Source: an uncultured Actinomycetota bacterium (lineage in GTDB: Bacteria > Actinomycetota > Actinomycetes > Propionibacteriales > Propionibacteriaceae). From it: a DNA stretch of 64,000 bases. Positions 53,848-64,000 of this stretch are shown piece by piece. The notes beneath the pieces are model-generated. The model did not search any database, was not told the DNA's origin, and saw nothing but the letters and a program-made list of their open reading frames with translations. Where the stretch lies: NCBI GenBank assembly GCA_963730005.1, contig CAVSPO010000014.1, positions 82,650-146,649 on the forward strand, written 5' to 3'. Both the position numbers and the translations under genes were made by a program. Position 1 is the stretch's first letter. Every line of letters begins with the position of its first letter.

Positions 53848-54365
53848 TCGATCGCCACGACATTCCGCAGAATCTGCCCGATTGGGCGCGTCCGGACGGG
53901 CCCGGGCTCGATTCGGCCCTGCCCGCGACCGGAACAGAAACGGTCCCCACCGGGTCCGGGTCCGGGTCCGGGTCCGAAACGACTGTTCCCGGGTCCGAAC
54001 CGGTGGCAGACGCAGCGCCAGTCTCCCGCGCAGCACCCGAGCCGGTGACGGATCTCGAGGAGCGCAAGGAAGAGATGCTGGAAGCGCTCAAGGACGTGGT
54101 GGACCCGGAACTGATGGTCAACATCGTTGACCTGGGCCTGGTCTACGGCGTCGACATCGACGACGAGAACAACGTCACGATCGACATGACCCTGACCAGC
54201 CCCGCCTGCCCGCTGACCGACCAGATCGAGATGGGCGTACACGATGCCCTGCAAGGACTGGCCGACTCGGTGACCGTCAACTGGGTCTGGCTGCCGGCGT
54301 GGTCGCTGGAGTGCATCACCCCTGACGGGCGCGAACAGCTGCGCTACATCGGCTACAACCTCTGA
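53844..54365 (+). CDS. sufT: DUF59/SufT-like Fe-S assembly factor with a ~70-aa low-complexity N-terminal extension
   Basis: C-terminal DUF59 core (LKDVVDPELMVNIVDLGLVYGV...LTSPACPL). GTG 53844 overlaps the sufU stop (GTGA). Track start 53751 lies inside sufU. Confidence 0.85.
   Translation: MIDRHDIPQNLPDWARPDGPGLDSALPATGTETVPTGSGSGSGSETTVPGSEPVADAAPVSRAAPEPVTDLEERKEEMLEALKDVVDPELMVNIVDLGLVYGVDIDDENNVTIDMTLTSPACPLTDQIEMGVHDALQGLADSVTVNWVWLPAWSLECITPDGREQLRYIGYNL
53952..53975 (+). repeat. Hexanucleotide microsatellite (GGGTCC)x4 encoding (GS)4 inside sufT
   Basis: Four perfect tandem GGGTCC units read directly from the sequence. Confidence 0.95.
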
Positions 54366-54370
54366 CGGCA

Positions 54371-55072
54371 TCAGCCGCGGGCCGGGCGCACCACGATCTC
54401 CTCGATCATCGCGTCATCGGTGGCGTCCAGCGCGAATTTGACCGCTGCCGCCACCGATTCCGGGCGCAGGTGCTCGGCCGGGTTGTACGGCCTTGCCCGG
54501 GCGGTCATCAGCTGCACCTGCATGTCGGTGTCCACGCGTCCCGGGTGGATCGATGTCACGCGGACGCGGCCGCGTTCCTCCTCGCGCAGCGCGTCGGTGA
54601 AGGCCCGCAGCGCGAACTTGGTGGCCGCATAGGATCCGCCTCCCGCGCCGGAGCGGAACCCGGCGCCGGAGTTGATGGTGACCACCTGTCCGTACGGAGG
54701 CCGCAGGTAAGGCAGCAATCGCCGGGTCAGATCGGCCACGGCGACCACGTTGAGTTCGAACTGGCGACGCCAGTCGTCACGCGACAGCTCCCGGACGCTG
54801 CCGAGCGTTGCGATCCCGGCACAGTGCACGATTGCGTCCAGGCCATTGACGCCCGACACGGCTGCGGCTGTCTGGGCGTCATCAGTCAAGTCGGCGACGA
54901 AGGGCTGCGCACTGGGTAGCGCGTCGACCACCGCAGTGACACCCTCGGCGGTCGTCCCACCCACCAGAACGTGCCACTCGGGGGCCAGTGCCTCGGCAAC
55001 CGCGCGTCCGATGCCTCGACTGGCTCCCGTCACCAGAACCACCAGCCGGCGCCGGGCGTAGACCATGGCCAC
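54371..55072 (-). CDS. Short-chain dehydrogenase/reductase (SDR) family oxidoreductase
   Basis: TGASRGIG cofactor motif and YAATK catalytic YxxxK. ATG at 55066 is the likelier start: minus-strand TAGGGT hexamer at 55073-55078, then 6 nt, then the ATG. Confidence 0.88.
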   Translation of the reverse strand: MAMVYARRRLVVLVTGASRGIGRAVAEALAPEWHVLVGGTTAEGVTAVVDALPSAQPFVADLTDDAQTAAAVSGVNGLDAIVHCAGIATLGSVRELSRDDWRRQFELNVVAVADLTRRLLPYLRPPYGQVVTINSGAGFRSGAGGGSYAATKFALRAFTDALREEERGRVRVTSIHPGRVDTDMQVQLMTARARPYNPAEHLRPESVAAAVKFALDATDDAMIEEIVVRPARG

Positions 55073-55154
55073 ACCCTAGTCGGGATGGGCGTCGACCGAC
55101 CCCGCCATCCTGCCCGGTTTGCGCTGGAGCCTCTGGTGTGAGAAGAATCGACAA

Positions 55155-56753
<1,599 letters not shown>

Positions 56754-56774
56754 ACGCCTGAACGCCCGGGGACG

Positions 56775-56804
56775 CCGGTCTCCCAGGTTGACCTGGGCGA
56801 CCGG
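56775..56804. terminator. Hairpin between convergent ABC-F gene and gltD
   Basis: CCGGTCTCCCAGG / CCTGGGCGACCGG: 12 of 13 bp paired, with a 4-nt loop TTGA. Confidence 0.55.
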
Positions 56805-56823
56805 CGCCACTTGGGGTGGAGCG

Positions 56824-58290
56824 TCAGACCAGCAGCTGCCGGTCGGTCGGCAGGATCGGCTTGGGCAGGCTGGAACTGCCCTGCAGGAAGGCGTCCACGC
56901 CGTTGGCCGCGCTGCGGCCCTCGGCGATTGCCCACACGATCAGCGACTGGCCGCGTCCGGCGTCGCCGCACACGAACACGCCCGGGACGTTGGTCGCGTA
57001 GTCCTCGTCGCGGTTGATGTTGCCTCGCGGGTCCAGCTCCAGGCCGAGCTGCTCCACCACGCCGGACTTCTCCGGGCCGACGAAGCCCATTGCCAGCAGC
57101 ACCAGATCGGCAGGGATCTGCCGTTCGGTGCCCGCCACGGGCGTGAACCGTCCGTTGCCGAACGACACCTCTGACAGGCGCAGTGCCTTGACCTGGCCGT
57201 CGTCGCCCACGAACTCGCTGGTGGAGACGGCGAAGACGCGGTCGATCTCGCCTTCCTCATGGGACGAACTGACCCGAAAGCCCATCGGGTAGGTCGGCCA
57301 GGGCTGGTTTGCTGGTCGGCCCAGGGGCGGGGTCGCCATGATCTCCAGCTGGGTGACTGACGCCGCGCCCTGGCGCAGGGCGGTGCCGATGCAGTCTGAG
57401 CCGGTGTCGCCGCCGCCGATGACCACGACGTGCTTGCCGGTGGCCGTGATCTGATTCGCCACCTGCTGGCCCACGGCGACGCGGTTGGCCTGGGGCAGGA
57501 ACTCCATCGCCTGGTGGATCCCGGCCAGCTGGCGGCCGGGGACCGGCAGGTCGCGGGCAACCGTGGAACCGATGGCCAGCACCACGGCGTCGAAGCGATC
57601 CAGCAGCTGCGAACCGGTGATGTCGACGCCGATGTTGGTGCGGGGTTTGAAGACCGTGCCCTCCTGGCGCATCTGCCGCAGCCTCCTGTTGACGACCTTC
57701 TTCTCCAGTTTGAACTCCGGGATGCCGAATCGCAGCAAACCACCGATGTCGTCGGCGCGCTCATACACGACGACCGTGTGGCCGGCGCGGGTGAGTTGCT
57801 GTGCCGCCGCCAGGCCGGACGGACCTGAGCCGACGATTGCGACCGTTTTGCCGGTCTGCCACTCGGGCACCACCGGGATGACGCGCCGGTCGTCCCACGC
57901 CTTGTCGGCGATGGCGACCTCGACATTCTTGATCGTCACCGGTTCGCGGTTGATCCCGACGACGCATGCCGTCTCGCACGGGGCAGGGCACAGACGCCCG
58001 GTGAACTCGGGGAAGTTGTTCGTCGCGTGCAGGCGATCGGTGGCGGACCGCCACTTGTCCAGGTAGATCAGGTCGTTCCACTCCGGGATCAGGTTGCCCA
58101 GCGGACAGCCTTGGTGACAGAACGCGACGCCGCAGTCCATGCAGCGGCTGGCCTGTCGTTCGATGATGGGCAGCACCGCGCGCCCGGGCGAGCCCGGGTA
58201 GACCTCGTTCCAGTCGTTGACCCGTTCGTCGGCGGGACGCCGTTCGGCGACCTTGCGGGCGACCTTCATGAACCCTCTCGGATCAGCCAT
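56824..58290 (-). CDS. gltD: Glutamate synthase (NADPH) small subunit
   Basis: N-terminal Fe-S cysteines ([14 protein letters not shown]), two dinucleotide folds ([27 protein letters not shown]). 8-nt overlap with gltB. Confidence 0.95.
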   Translation of the reverse strand: MADPRGFMKVARKVAERRPADERVNDWNEVYPGSPGRAVLPIIERQASRCMDCGVAFCHQGCPLGNLIPEWNDLIYLDKWRSATDRLHATNNFPEFTGRLCPAPCETACVVGINREPVTIKNVEVAIADKAWDDRRVIPVVPEWQTGKTVAIVGSGPSGLAAAQQLTRAGHTVVVYERADDIGGLLRFGIPEFKLEKKVVNRRLRQMRQEGTVFKPRTNIGVDITGSQLLDRFDAVVLAIGSTVARDLPVPGRQLAGIHQAMEFLPQANRVAVGQQVANQITATGKHVVVIGGGDTGSDCIGTALRQGAASVTQLEIMATPPLGRPANQPWPTYPMGFRVSSSHEEGEIDRVFAVSTSEFVGDDGQVKALRLSEVSFGNGRFTPVAGTERQIPADLVLLAMGFVGPEKSGVVEQLGLELDPRGNINRDEDYATNVPGVFVCGDAGRGQSLIVWAIAEGRSAANGVDAFLQGSSSLPKPILPTDRQLLV

Positions 58291-61200
58291 GAGCCGCCTC
58301 CATCATCTTCGTGGTCGTCGCTTCTTCGCTGAGGCCCGCAGCCTCAGCCTCTGCCCGGGCAGCGAGCACCCGGGCGTAGTCGCGGGGGAGCAGCTTGGTG
58401 AAGCGTCCCCGCCACGTTGCGCCCCCCGCAGCCAGCAGGGCTTGCGCGACGGCTGAGCCGGTCTCTTCGAAGTGGCGTTGCAGCAGCGCCGCGACCCGGT
58501 CGACGTCCGCGTCGGTGAGCGCGACCCCGTCCACCAGTTCGGTGTTGAGACAGCCGCTGTCGAGATCGAGCACCCAGGCGATGCCCCCGGACATGCCCGC
58601 GGCGACGTTGCGTCCGGTGCTGCCCAGGATGAGGGCCTCGCCGCCGGTCATGTACTCGCACGCGTGGTCACCCACGCCCTCCACGACGGCGGTCGCCCCG
58701 GAGTTGCGCACACAGAACCGCTCGCCGACCAGACCGCGGATGAACAGCTCACCTGATGTCGCCCCGTAGCCGATGACGTTGCCTGCGATGGTCTGGCGTT
58801 CGGCGTCGAACGGTGCGTCGTCCGCCGGGAACACGGACAACCTCCCGCCCGAGAGCCCCTTGCCGAAGTAGTCGTTGGTGTCGCCGATCAGCCGCAGCGT
58901 GATGCCCCGCGGCAGGAAAGCGCCGAAGCTCTGACCCCCGGTGCCGGTGCAGCTGATGGTGATGGTGTCGTCGGGCAGGCCTGCGCCGCCGGTCGCCCTG
59001 GTCACCGCATTGCCGAGCAGCGTGCCCACGGTGCGATTGGTGTTGGCGACGTCGACGCTGAAGCTGACCCGCTGACCTGCCGTCAGGGCGGGCCCGGATC
59101 GCCGGATCAGCTCGTTGTCGAGCTTGCCGGCCAGACCGTGGTCCTGCTCGGTGACGCAGTGCAGCGGCCCCTCGGTGGCGACCCGGTGCAGCAGCGCTGA
59201 CAGGTCGAGCCCCTGTGCCTTCCAGTGCTCGACGGCCCGCTTGGTGCGCAGCACCTCGACGCGGCCGACGGCTTCCTCGATCGAACGGAATCCGAGAGCC
59301 GCCAGATGCTCACGCACCTCCTGGGCGATGAACTCGAAGAAGGTCACGACATGGTCGGCCTGCCCGGTGAACTGGGCGCGCAACTGGGGGTTCTGGGTGG
59401 CCACCCCGACGGGGCAGGTGTCGAGGTGACAGACCCGCATCATGACGCAGCCGCTCACCACCAGTGCGGTGGTCGCGAAGCCGAACTCCTCGGCGCCCAG
59501 CAAAGCCCCGATCACGACGTCGCGGCCGGTCTTGAGTTGACCGTCCACCTGGACGACGATCCGGTCGCGCAGTCCGTTGAGCAGCAGTGTCTGCTGGGTC
59601 TCGGCCAGGCCGAGCTCCCACGGACCACCGGCGTGCTTCAGCGACGTGAGGGGTGCCGCTCCGGTGCCGCCGTCGTGCCCGGAGATGAGCACCACGTCGG
59701 CTTTCGCCTTCGAGACGCCGGCCGCGACGGTGCCGACGCCCACCTCGGCGACCAGTTTCACGTGCACCCGGGCCGCCGGGTTGGCGCACTTGAGGTCGTG
59801 GATCAGCTGTTTGAGGTCCTCGATCGAGTAGATGTCGTGGTGGGGTGGCGGGCTGATCAGCCCGACCCCCGGCGTCGAGTGTCGCGTCCTGGCCACCCAG
59901 GGGTACACCTTCTGCCCTGGCAGTTGGCCGCCCTCGCCGGGTTTGGCGCCCTGGGCCATCTTGATCTGCAGGTCGGTGGCGTTGGTCAGGTAGTCGCTGG
60001 TCACCCCGAACCGGCCGGATGCGACCTGCTTGATCGCCGAACGGCGCACCGGGTCGTGCAGACGCTCCGGGTCCTCGCCGCCTTCCCCGGAGTTCGACCT
60101 GGCCCCCAGCCGGTTCATCGCAACGGCGAGGGTCTCGTGGGCTTCCTGGCTGATCGAGCCGTAGCTCATCGCGCCGGTGGAGAAACGCTTCACGATCTCG
60201 CTCACCGGCTCGACCTCGTCGATGCTGATCGGGGTGCGGTTCTGGATGTCGAACTCGAGCAGCCCGCGCAAGGTCATCAATCGCTTCGCCTGGTTGTCGA
60301 CCCGGGACGTGTACTGCTTGAAGACGTCGTAACGGTGCTCGCGGGTGGAGTACTGCAGGCGGAAGATCGTCTCCGGGTCGAACAGGTGCGGCGGGCCTTC
60401 GCGTCGCCACTTGTACTCGCCGCCGACGTCGATGGTGCGGTGCGCCAGCGTGCGGCGATCGACGGGGTAGCCCAGGTCGTGGCGGGACTGGACCTCACGG
60501 TGGATCTCCGCCAGGCCGACGCCCTCGATGCGACTCGGGGTGCCGGTGAAATACCTGTCCACGAAGCCGGACGCCAGGCCCAGGGCCTCGTAGATCTGGG
60601 CGCCGGCGTAGGAGGAGATGGTGGAGACGCCCATCTTGGACATCACTTTCAGCACTCCCTTGCCGAGTGCCTTGCGGACGTTGCTGACTGCCTTCTCGGG
60701 GTCGACGGTGACGAACATGTCGCGCCGGGCGAGGTCCTCAGCGGATTCGAACACCAGGTAGGGGTTCACCGCTGCAGCACCGAAGCCGATCAGCAGCGCC
60801 ACGTGATGTACCTCGCGGACGTCGCCGGCCTCCACGATCAACCCGACCTGGGTGCGGGTCTTCTCCCGAACCAGATGGTGGTGGACGGCCGAGGTCAGCA
60901 GCAGCGACGGGATCGGGGCCAGGTCGATGTTGCTGTGCCGGTCGGACAGGATGATCGTCCGGCAGCCGCGGCCGATCGCTTCGCTGACCTCGACGCAGAT
61001 CTCGTCGAGGCGGCGTTCCAGCTCCTCGTGGCCGCCCAACACCCGGTACAGGCCGCGCACCACGTGGGCATCGAACTGCGGAAGTGAACCGTCCCTGTTG
61101 ATGCGTACCAGCTTCGCGAGCTCGTCGGAGTCCAGCACCGGGTACCGGATCACGATCTGGTGGCAGGACTGCGGCCCGGCCGACAGCAGGTTCGCCTCCG

Positions 61201-62803
61201 GGCCGAACGAACTGGCCAGCGAGGTGACCATCTCTTCGCGGATGGAGTCCAGCGGCGGGTTGGTGACCTGGGCGAACAACTGGGCGAAGTAGTCGAACAG
61301 CAGCCGCGGGCGATCGGACAGCACGGCAACCGGGGTGTCCGAGCCCATTGAACCGATCGGCTCGGCTCCGGTCTGGGCCATCGGGGCGATGATCAGTTTG
61401 AGCTCTTCATGCGTCACGCCGAAGACCTGCTGACGGCGGGTGACCGATGCGTGACTGTGCACCACGTGTTGCCGTTGGGGGAGGTCCTCCAGCTCGAGGC
61501 GTTCCTCGATCCACTCCCCGTACGGGTGCGCGGCCGCCAGATCCGCCTTGATCTCGTCGTCGTCCACCAGGCGGTGCTGGGCCAGGTCGACCAGCAGCAT
61601 GCGGCCAGGTTGCAGGCGTCCCTTCTGGATGACCTTCGCCTGGTCCATGGGCACCACGCCGGCCTCGGACGCGAAGACGACCAGTCCGTCGTCCCTGACC
61701 CAGAAGCGGCCGGGGCGCAGGCCGTTGCGGTCGAGCGTCGCGCCGATCAGCGTGCCGTCGGTGAAGCAGACGGCGGCGGGACCGTCCCAGGGCTCCATCA
61801 CACTGCTGTGGAAGCTGTAGAAGGCACGGCGAGCGGGGTCCATCCGGGTGTGGTTCTCCCACGCTTCCGGGATCATCATCAGCACCGCGTGCGGCAGTGT
61901 TCGTCCACCGAGGTGGAGCAGTTCGAGCACTTCGTCGAAGGACGCCGAGTCGGAGCCGGCGGGATTGCAGACCGGGAAGATGCGTTGCAGGTCGCCGGGG
62001 ATCAGGTCGCTGGCCAGCAGCGCCTCGCGGGCCCGCATCCAGTTGCGGTTGCCCTTGACGGTGTTGATCTCACCGTTGTGGGCCAGCAGCCGGTAGGGGT
62101 GCGCGAGCTGCCAGGACGGGAACGTGTTGGTCGAGAAGCGCGAATGCACCAGGCACAGCGCACTCTGGGTGCGCTGGTCGAGCAGGTCGGGGAAGACCTC
62201 GGCGAGTTGCTGGGTGGTGAGCATCCCCTTGTAGACAGTGGTTCGTGCCGACAGCGAGGCGAAGTAGGTGCCGGTTTCATGCTCGGCGCGTTTCCGCAGC
62301 GGGTAGACCAACCGGTCCAGGTCAATGCCGCTGACCCCACGCGGGCCCTGGACGAAAAGCTGTTCGAAGTGCGGCATGGCGGTCAGCGAAACGGGGCTCA
62401 GGGTGGCGCCGTTGGTGGGCACCTCGCGCCAGCCGAGGATGCGCAGGCCTTCCTCGACGGCGATGTACTCGATCAGTCGCTTGGCCTTGGCTCGTTGCGG
62501 GCCATCCTGTGGCAGGAATGCCGTCCCGACGGCGTACAGGCCGACCTGCGGGAGCTCGAAGTCGACCGTCTCGCGAAACAGCTGGTCGGGGACCTGGATC
62601 AGCATTCCCGCGCCGTCACCCGCCGCCTCGTCGGCGCCGGTGGCGCCGCGGTGGTCCAGGTTCGCCAGGGCCAGCAGGCCAGTGGCGATGATGTCGTGGG
62701 AGGGGTCACCGCTCAGGTGCGCGACGAACGCAACGCCGCACGCATCGTGTTCGAAGTCGTGGCGATACAGGCCCTCATCGGGTCTGTGGGGAAATGTATT
62801 CAT
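58283..62803 (-). CDS. gltB: Glutamate synthase large subunit
   Basis: Ntn amidotransferase start ([10 protein letters not shown]), FMN and 3Fe-4S domains, C-terminal beta-helix. ATG 62803 with GGAGAA upstream. Track start 62869 is over-extended. Confidence 0.96.
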   Translation of the reverse strand: MNTFPHRPDEGLYRHDFEHDACGVAFVAHLSGDPSHDIIATGLLALANLDHRGATGADEAAGDGAGMLIQVPDQLFRETVDFELPQVGLYAVGTAFLPQDGPQRAKAKRLIEYIAVEEGLRILGWREVPTNGATLSPVSLTAMPHFEQLFVQGPRGVSGIDLDRLVYPLRKRAEHETGTYFASLSARTTVYKGMLTTQQLAEVFPDLLDQRTQSALCLVHSRFSTNTFPSWQLAHPYRLLAHNGEINTVKGNRNWMRAREALLASDLIPGDLQRIFPVCNPAGSDSASFDEVLELLHLGGRTLPHAVLMMIPEAWENHTRMDPARRAFYSFHSSVMEPWDGPAAVCFTDGTLIGATLDRNGLRPGRFWVRDDGLVVFASEAGVVPMDQAKVIQKGRLQPGRMLLVDLAQHRLVDDDEIKADLAAAHPYGEWIEERLELEDLPQRQHVVHSHASVTRRQQVFGVTHEELKLIIAPMAQTGAEPIGSMGSDTPVAVLSDRPRLLFDYFAQLFAQVTNPPLDSIREEMVTSLASSFGPEANLLSAGPQSCHQIVIRYPVLDSDELAKLVRINRDGSLPQFDAHVVRGLYRVLGGHEELERRLDEICVEVSEAIGRGCRTIILSDRHSNIDLAPIPSLLLTSAVHHHLVREKTRTQVGLIVEAGDVREVHHVALLIGFGAAAVNPYLVFESAEDLARRDMFVTVDPEKAVSNVRKALGKGVLKVMSKMGVSTISSYAGAQIYEALGLASGFVDRYFTGTPSRIEGVGLAEIHREVQSRHDLGYPVDRRTLAHRTIDVGGEYKWRREGPPHLFDPETIFRLQYSTREHRYDVFKQYTSRVDNQAKRLMTLRGLLEFDIQNRTPISIDEVEPVSEIVKRFSTGAMSYGSISQEAHETLAVAMNRLGARSNSGEGGEDPERLHDPVRRSAIKQVASGRFGVTSDYLTNATDLQIKMAQGAKPGEGGQLPGQKVYPWVARTRHSTPGVGLISPPPHHDIYSIEDLKQLIHDLKCANPAARVHVKLVAEVGVGTVAAGVSKAKADVVLISGHDGGTGAAPLTSLKHAGGPWELGLAETQQTLLLNGLRDRIVVQVDGQLKTGRDVVIGALLGAEEFGFATTALVVSGCVMMRVCHLDTCPVGVATQNPQLRAQFTGQADHVVTFFEFIAQEVREHLAALGFRSIEEAVGRVEVLRTKRAVEHWKAQGLDLSALLHRVATEGPLHCVTEQDHGLAGKLDNELIRRSGPALTAGQRVSFSVDVANTNRTVGTLLGNAVTRATGGAGLPDDTITISCTGTGGQSFGAFLPRGITLRLIGDTNDYFGKGLSGGRLSVFPADDAPFDAERQTIAGNVIGYGATSGELFIRGLVGERFCVRNSGATAVVEGVGDHACEYMTGGEALILGSTGRNVAAGMSGGIAWVLDLDSGCLNTELVDGVALTDADVDRVAALLQRHFEETGSAVAQALLAAGGATWRGRFTKLLPRDYARVLAARAEAEAAGLSEEATTTKMMEAAHG

Positions 62804-62924
62804 CTGTTCTCCGCTCCAGCGGGCTCTGCGGCAGCCGTCTGATGGACGACCTTCCTGGCCACACCGCATGGTGTTGGTGACATTAGCGGTCGACGGTTCG
62901 CGGAAAAAGACGGGAATGTGACGA

Positions 62925-63755
62925 TCAGGTAACGAAGACGCTCACCTGCACCGCCACGTCCACCTGCAGATTCACGCAGGCCGGGGCGTGGGCGTGGAAT
63001 GCGTTGGGTCCCATCTCGACCAGATCCGTCAACTGCTGGCTTGAACAGTGGATCGAGTAGGCGACCTGAGACTGGCCGGCCAGCCGGAACCCGGCTGCGC
63101 CGAAGCTGGCAGCCAGGTGGCTGGCCTTGTCATGTTCGACACCCAACAGCCCCAGCTGGTCACGGGCCTGGCGCAGGTGGCCGGCGCTGGGTGTCACCAC
63201 CACCACCCGGCCGTCGGGCTTCAGCAGGCGCGCGAACTCGGGTGGATTGCGGGGCGCGAAGACGCACAGCACTGCGTCCAGACAGCCGTCGGCCAGCGGC
63301 AGCCCCGCCCAGGTGTCGGCAACGACCGCGGCCAGTCCGGAGCCGGCCGCTCGCTTCATCGCCGCGGGGGACACGTCTGTGGCCACACCGACTGCGGCGG
63401 GCAGGGCTGCCAGGGCGGCTCGCAAGTAGTAGCCCGTACCGGCGCCGACCTCCAGGACGGTGCGCACCCCGGCCAGTTCTGCGACCGCAGCGTCGGCCAC
63501 CGGCCGGTAGTGTCCGGTTGCCAGAAAACGTTCGCGCGCGGCGACCATGGCCGGTGTGTCCGCATTGCGCGGCGGGGCATGGCCGGCCAGATTGACGTAG
63601 CCCTGACGGGCGATGTCGAAACTGTGCCCGGACGGGCAGCGCAGCGTCCGTCCCGTACGGGCCAAGTCCTGGCGGCATTGTGGGCAGCGCAGCAGGCTCA
63701 AGGCGGCGTCGAGCGGGATCCGAGGGACGTCGTCCCGCAACTCGATCGGGTTCAC
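62925..63755 (-). CDS. SAM-dependent methyltransferase, RlmA/RrmA-like (N-terminal zinc ribbon)
   Basis: CPQC...CPSGH zinc ribbon followed by SAM motif [11 protein letters not shown] and a D-loop (ATDVS). GTG start overlaps the upstream SDR stop. Confidence 0.8.
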   Translation of the reverse strand: MNPIELRDDVPRIPLDAALSLLRCPQCRQDLARTGRTLRCPSGHSFDIARQGYVNLAGHAPPRNADTPAMVAARERFLATGHYRPVADAAVAELAGVRTVLEVGAGTGYYLRAALAALPAAVGVATDVSPAAMKRAAGSGLAAVVADTWAGLPLADGCLDAVLCVFAPRNPPEFARLLKPDGRVVVVTPSAGHLRQARDQLGLLGVEHDKASHLAASFGAAGFRLAGQSQVAYSIHCSSQQLTDLVEMGPNAFHAHAPACVNLQVDVAVQVSVFVT

Positions 63756-64000
63756 AGGCAGCGCAGCGATCCGCCGTCGACGGGGATCACACAGCCGGTC
63801 ACGTACGAGGCGACATCGGACAGCATGAAGGCCGCCACCTGCCCCAGCTCTTCGGGTGCGCCGGTTCGGCGCAGCGGCACGGCCGACTCAGCTGCCTGGA
63901 GCGCGGCTTGCGGGTCGGCGGCCGCGGCCATCATGGTCTTCGTGCGGTCGGTCGCCATCCACCCCGGCATCAGGCCGAACACCCGGCCACCATCCGGACC
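63752..64000 (-). CDS. SDR-family oxidoreductase, C-terminal part (5' end outside window)
   Basis: Typical SDR C-terminus (RRTGAPEELGQVAAFMLSDVASYVTGCVIPVDGG). The frame is open to the window edge. Confidence 0.8.
   Translation of the reverse strand, partial: GPDGGRVFGLMPGWMATDRTKTMMAAAADPQAALQAAESAVPLRRTGAPEELGQVAAFMLSDVASYVTGCVIPVDGGSLRCL

Noticed and set aside
62895-62924. GlnR-type box (gTnAc-n6-GaAAc) upstream of gltB: minus-strand GTCAC-ATTCCC-GTCTT-TTTCCG-CGAAC.
   Set aside because: Only the first half-site matches. The b-sites (GTCTT, CGAAC) deviate too much from GAAAC to support a call.

Overview
The window is a 64-kb, visibly high-GC segment of an actinobacterial chromosomal core. 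RbpA, WhiA, OpcA, PdtaR, a mycothiol-type DinB enzyme and an ftsA-less dcw cluster support that placement; the genus cannot be named from sequence alone. About 54 tightly packed housekeeping genes are present, many with 4-nt ATGA/GTGA overlaps. In order they are: the distal dcw/cell-division cluster (ftsI 3' end, murE, murF, mraY, murD, ftsW, murG, murC, ftsQ, ftsZ, pgeF, sepF, yggT, divIVA); a TraR/DksA-type zinc-finger gene, lspA and rluD; pyk; tRNA-Leu(CAA); pdtaR; polA; rpsA; coaE; uvrB; a TerC-family gene; an MBL hydrolase and a DinB/MDMPI-like enzyme; uvrA and uvrC; rapZ, yvcK and whiA; gap, pgk, tpiA and secG; rbpA; tal, zwf, opcA and pgl; sufRBDCSUT; an SDR; an ABC-F ATPase; gltBD; an RlmA-like methyltransferase; and a partial SDR. 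I saw no mobile elements, CRISPR arrays, integrases, toxin-antitoxin or defence genes, and no gap large enough to hide a multi-gene system. I therefore cannot support a novel gene system in this window. The leads worth a second look fall into four groups. (1) RecA-NDp/PafBC-type promoters at exact leaderless spacing in front of uvrA and uvrB, with the same TANNNT-N6-start geometry recurring before other genes. (2) An unusually long DivIVA carrying two tandem-repeat arrays, 3 x 117 bp and 14 x 33 bp (an 11-residue periodicity). (3) A PdtaR response regulator with a lysine-rich 10-residue-repeat tail and a direct-repeat pair upstream. (4) A nest of palindromes between tpiA and secG. All regulatory calls are by-eye motif matches and need computational or experimental confirmation.
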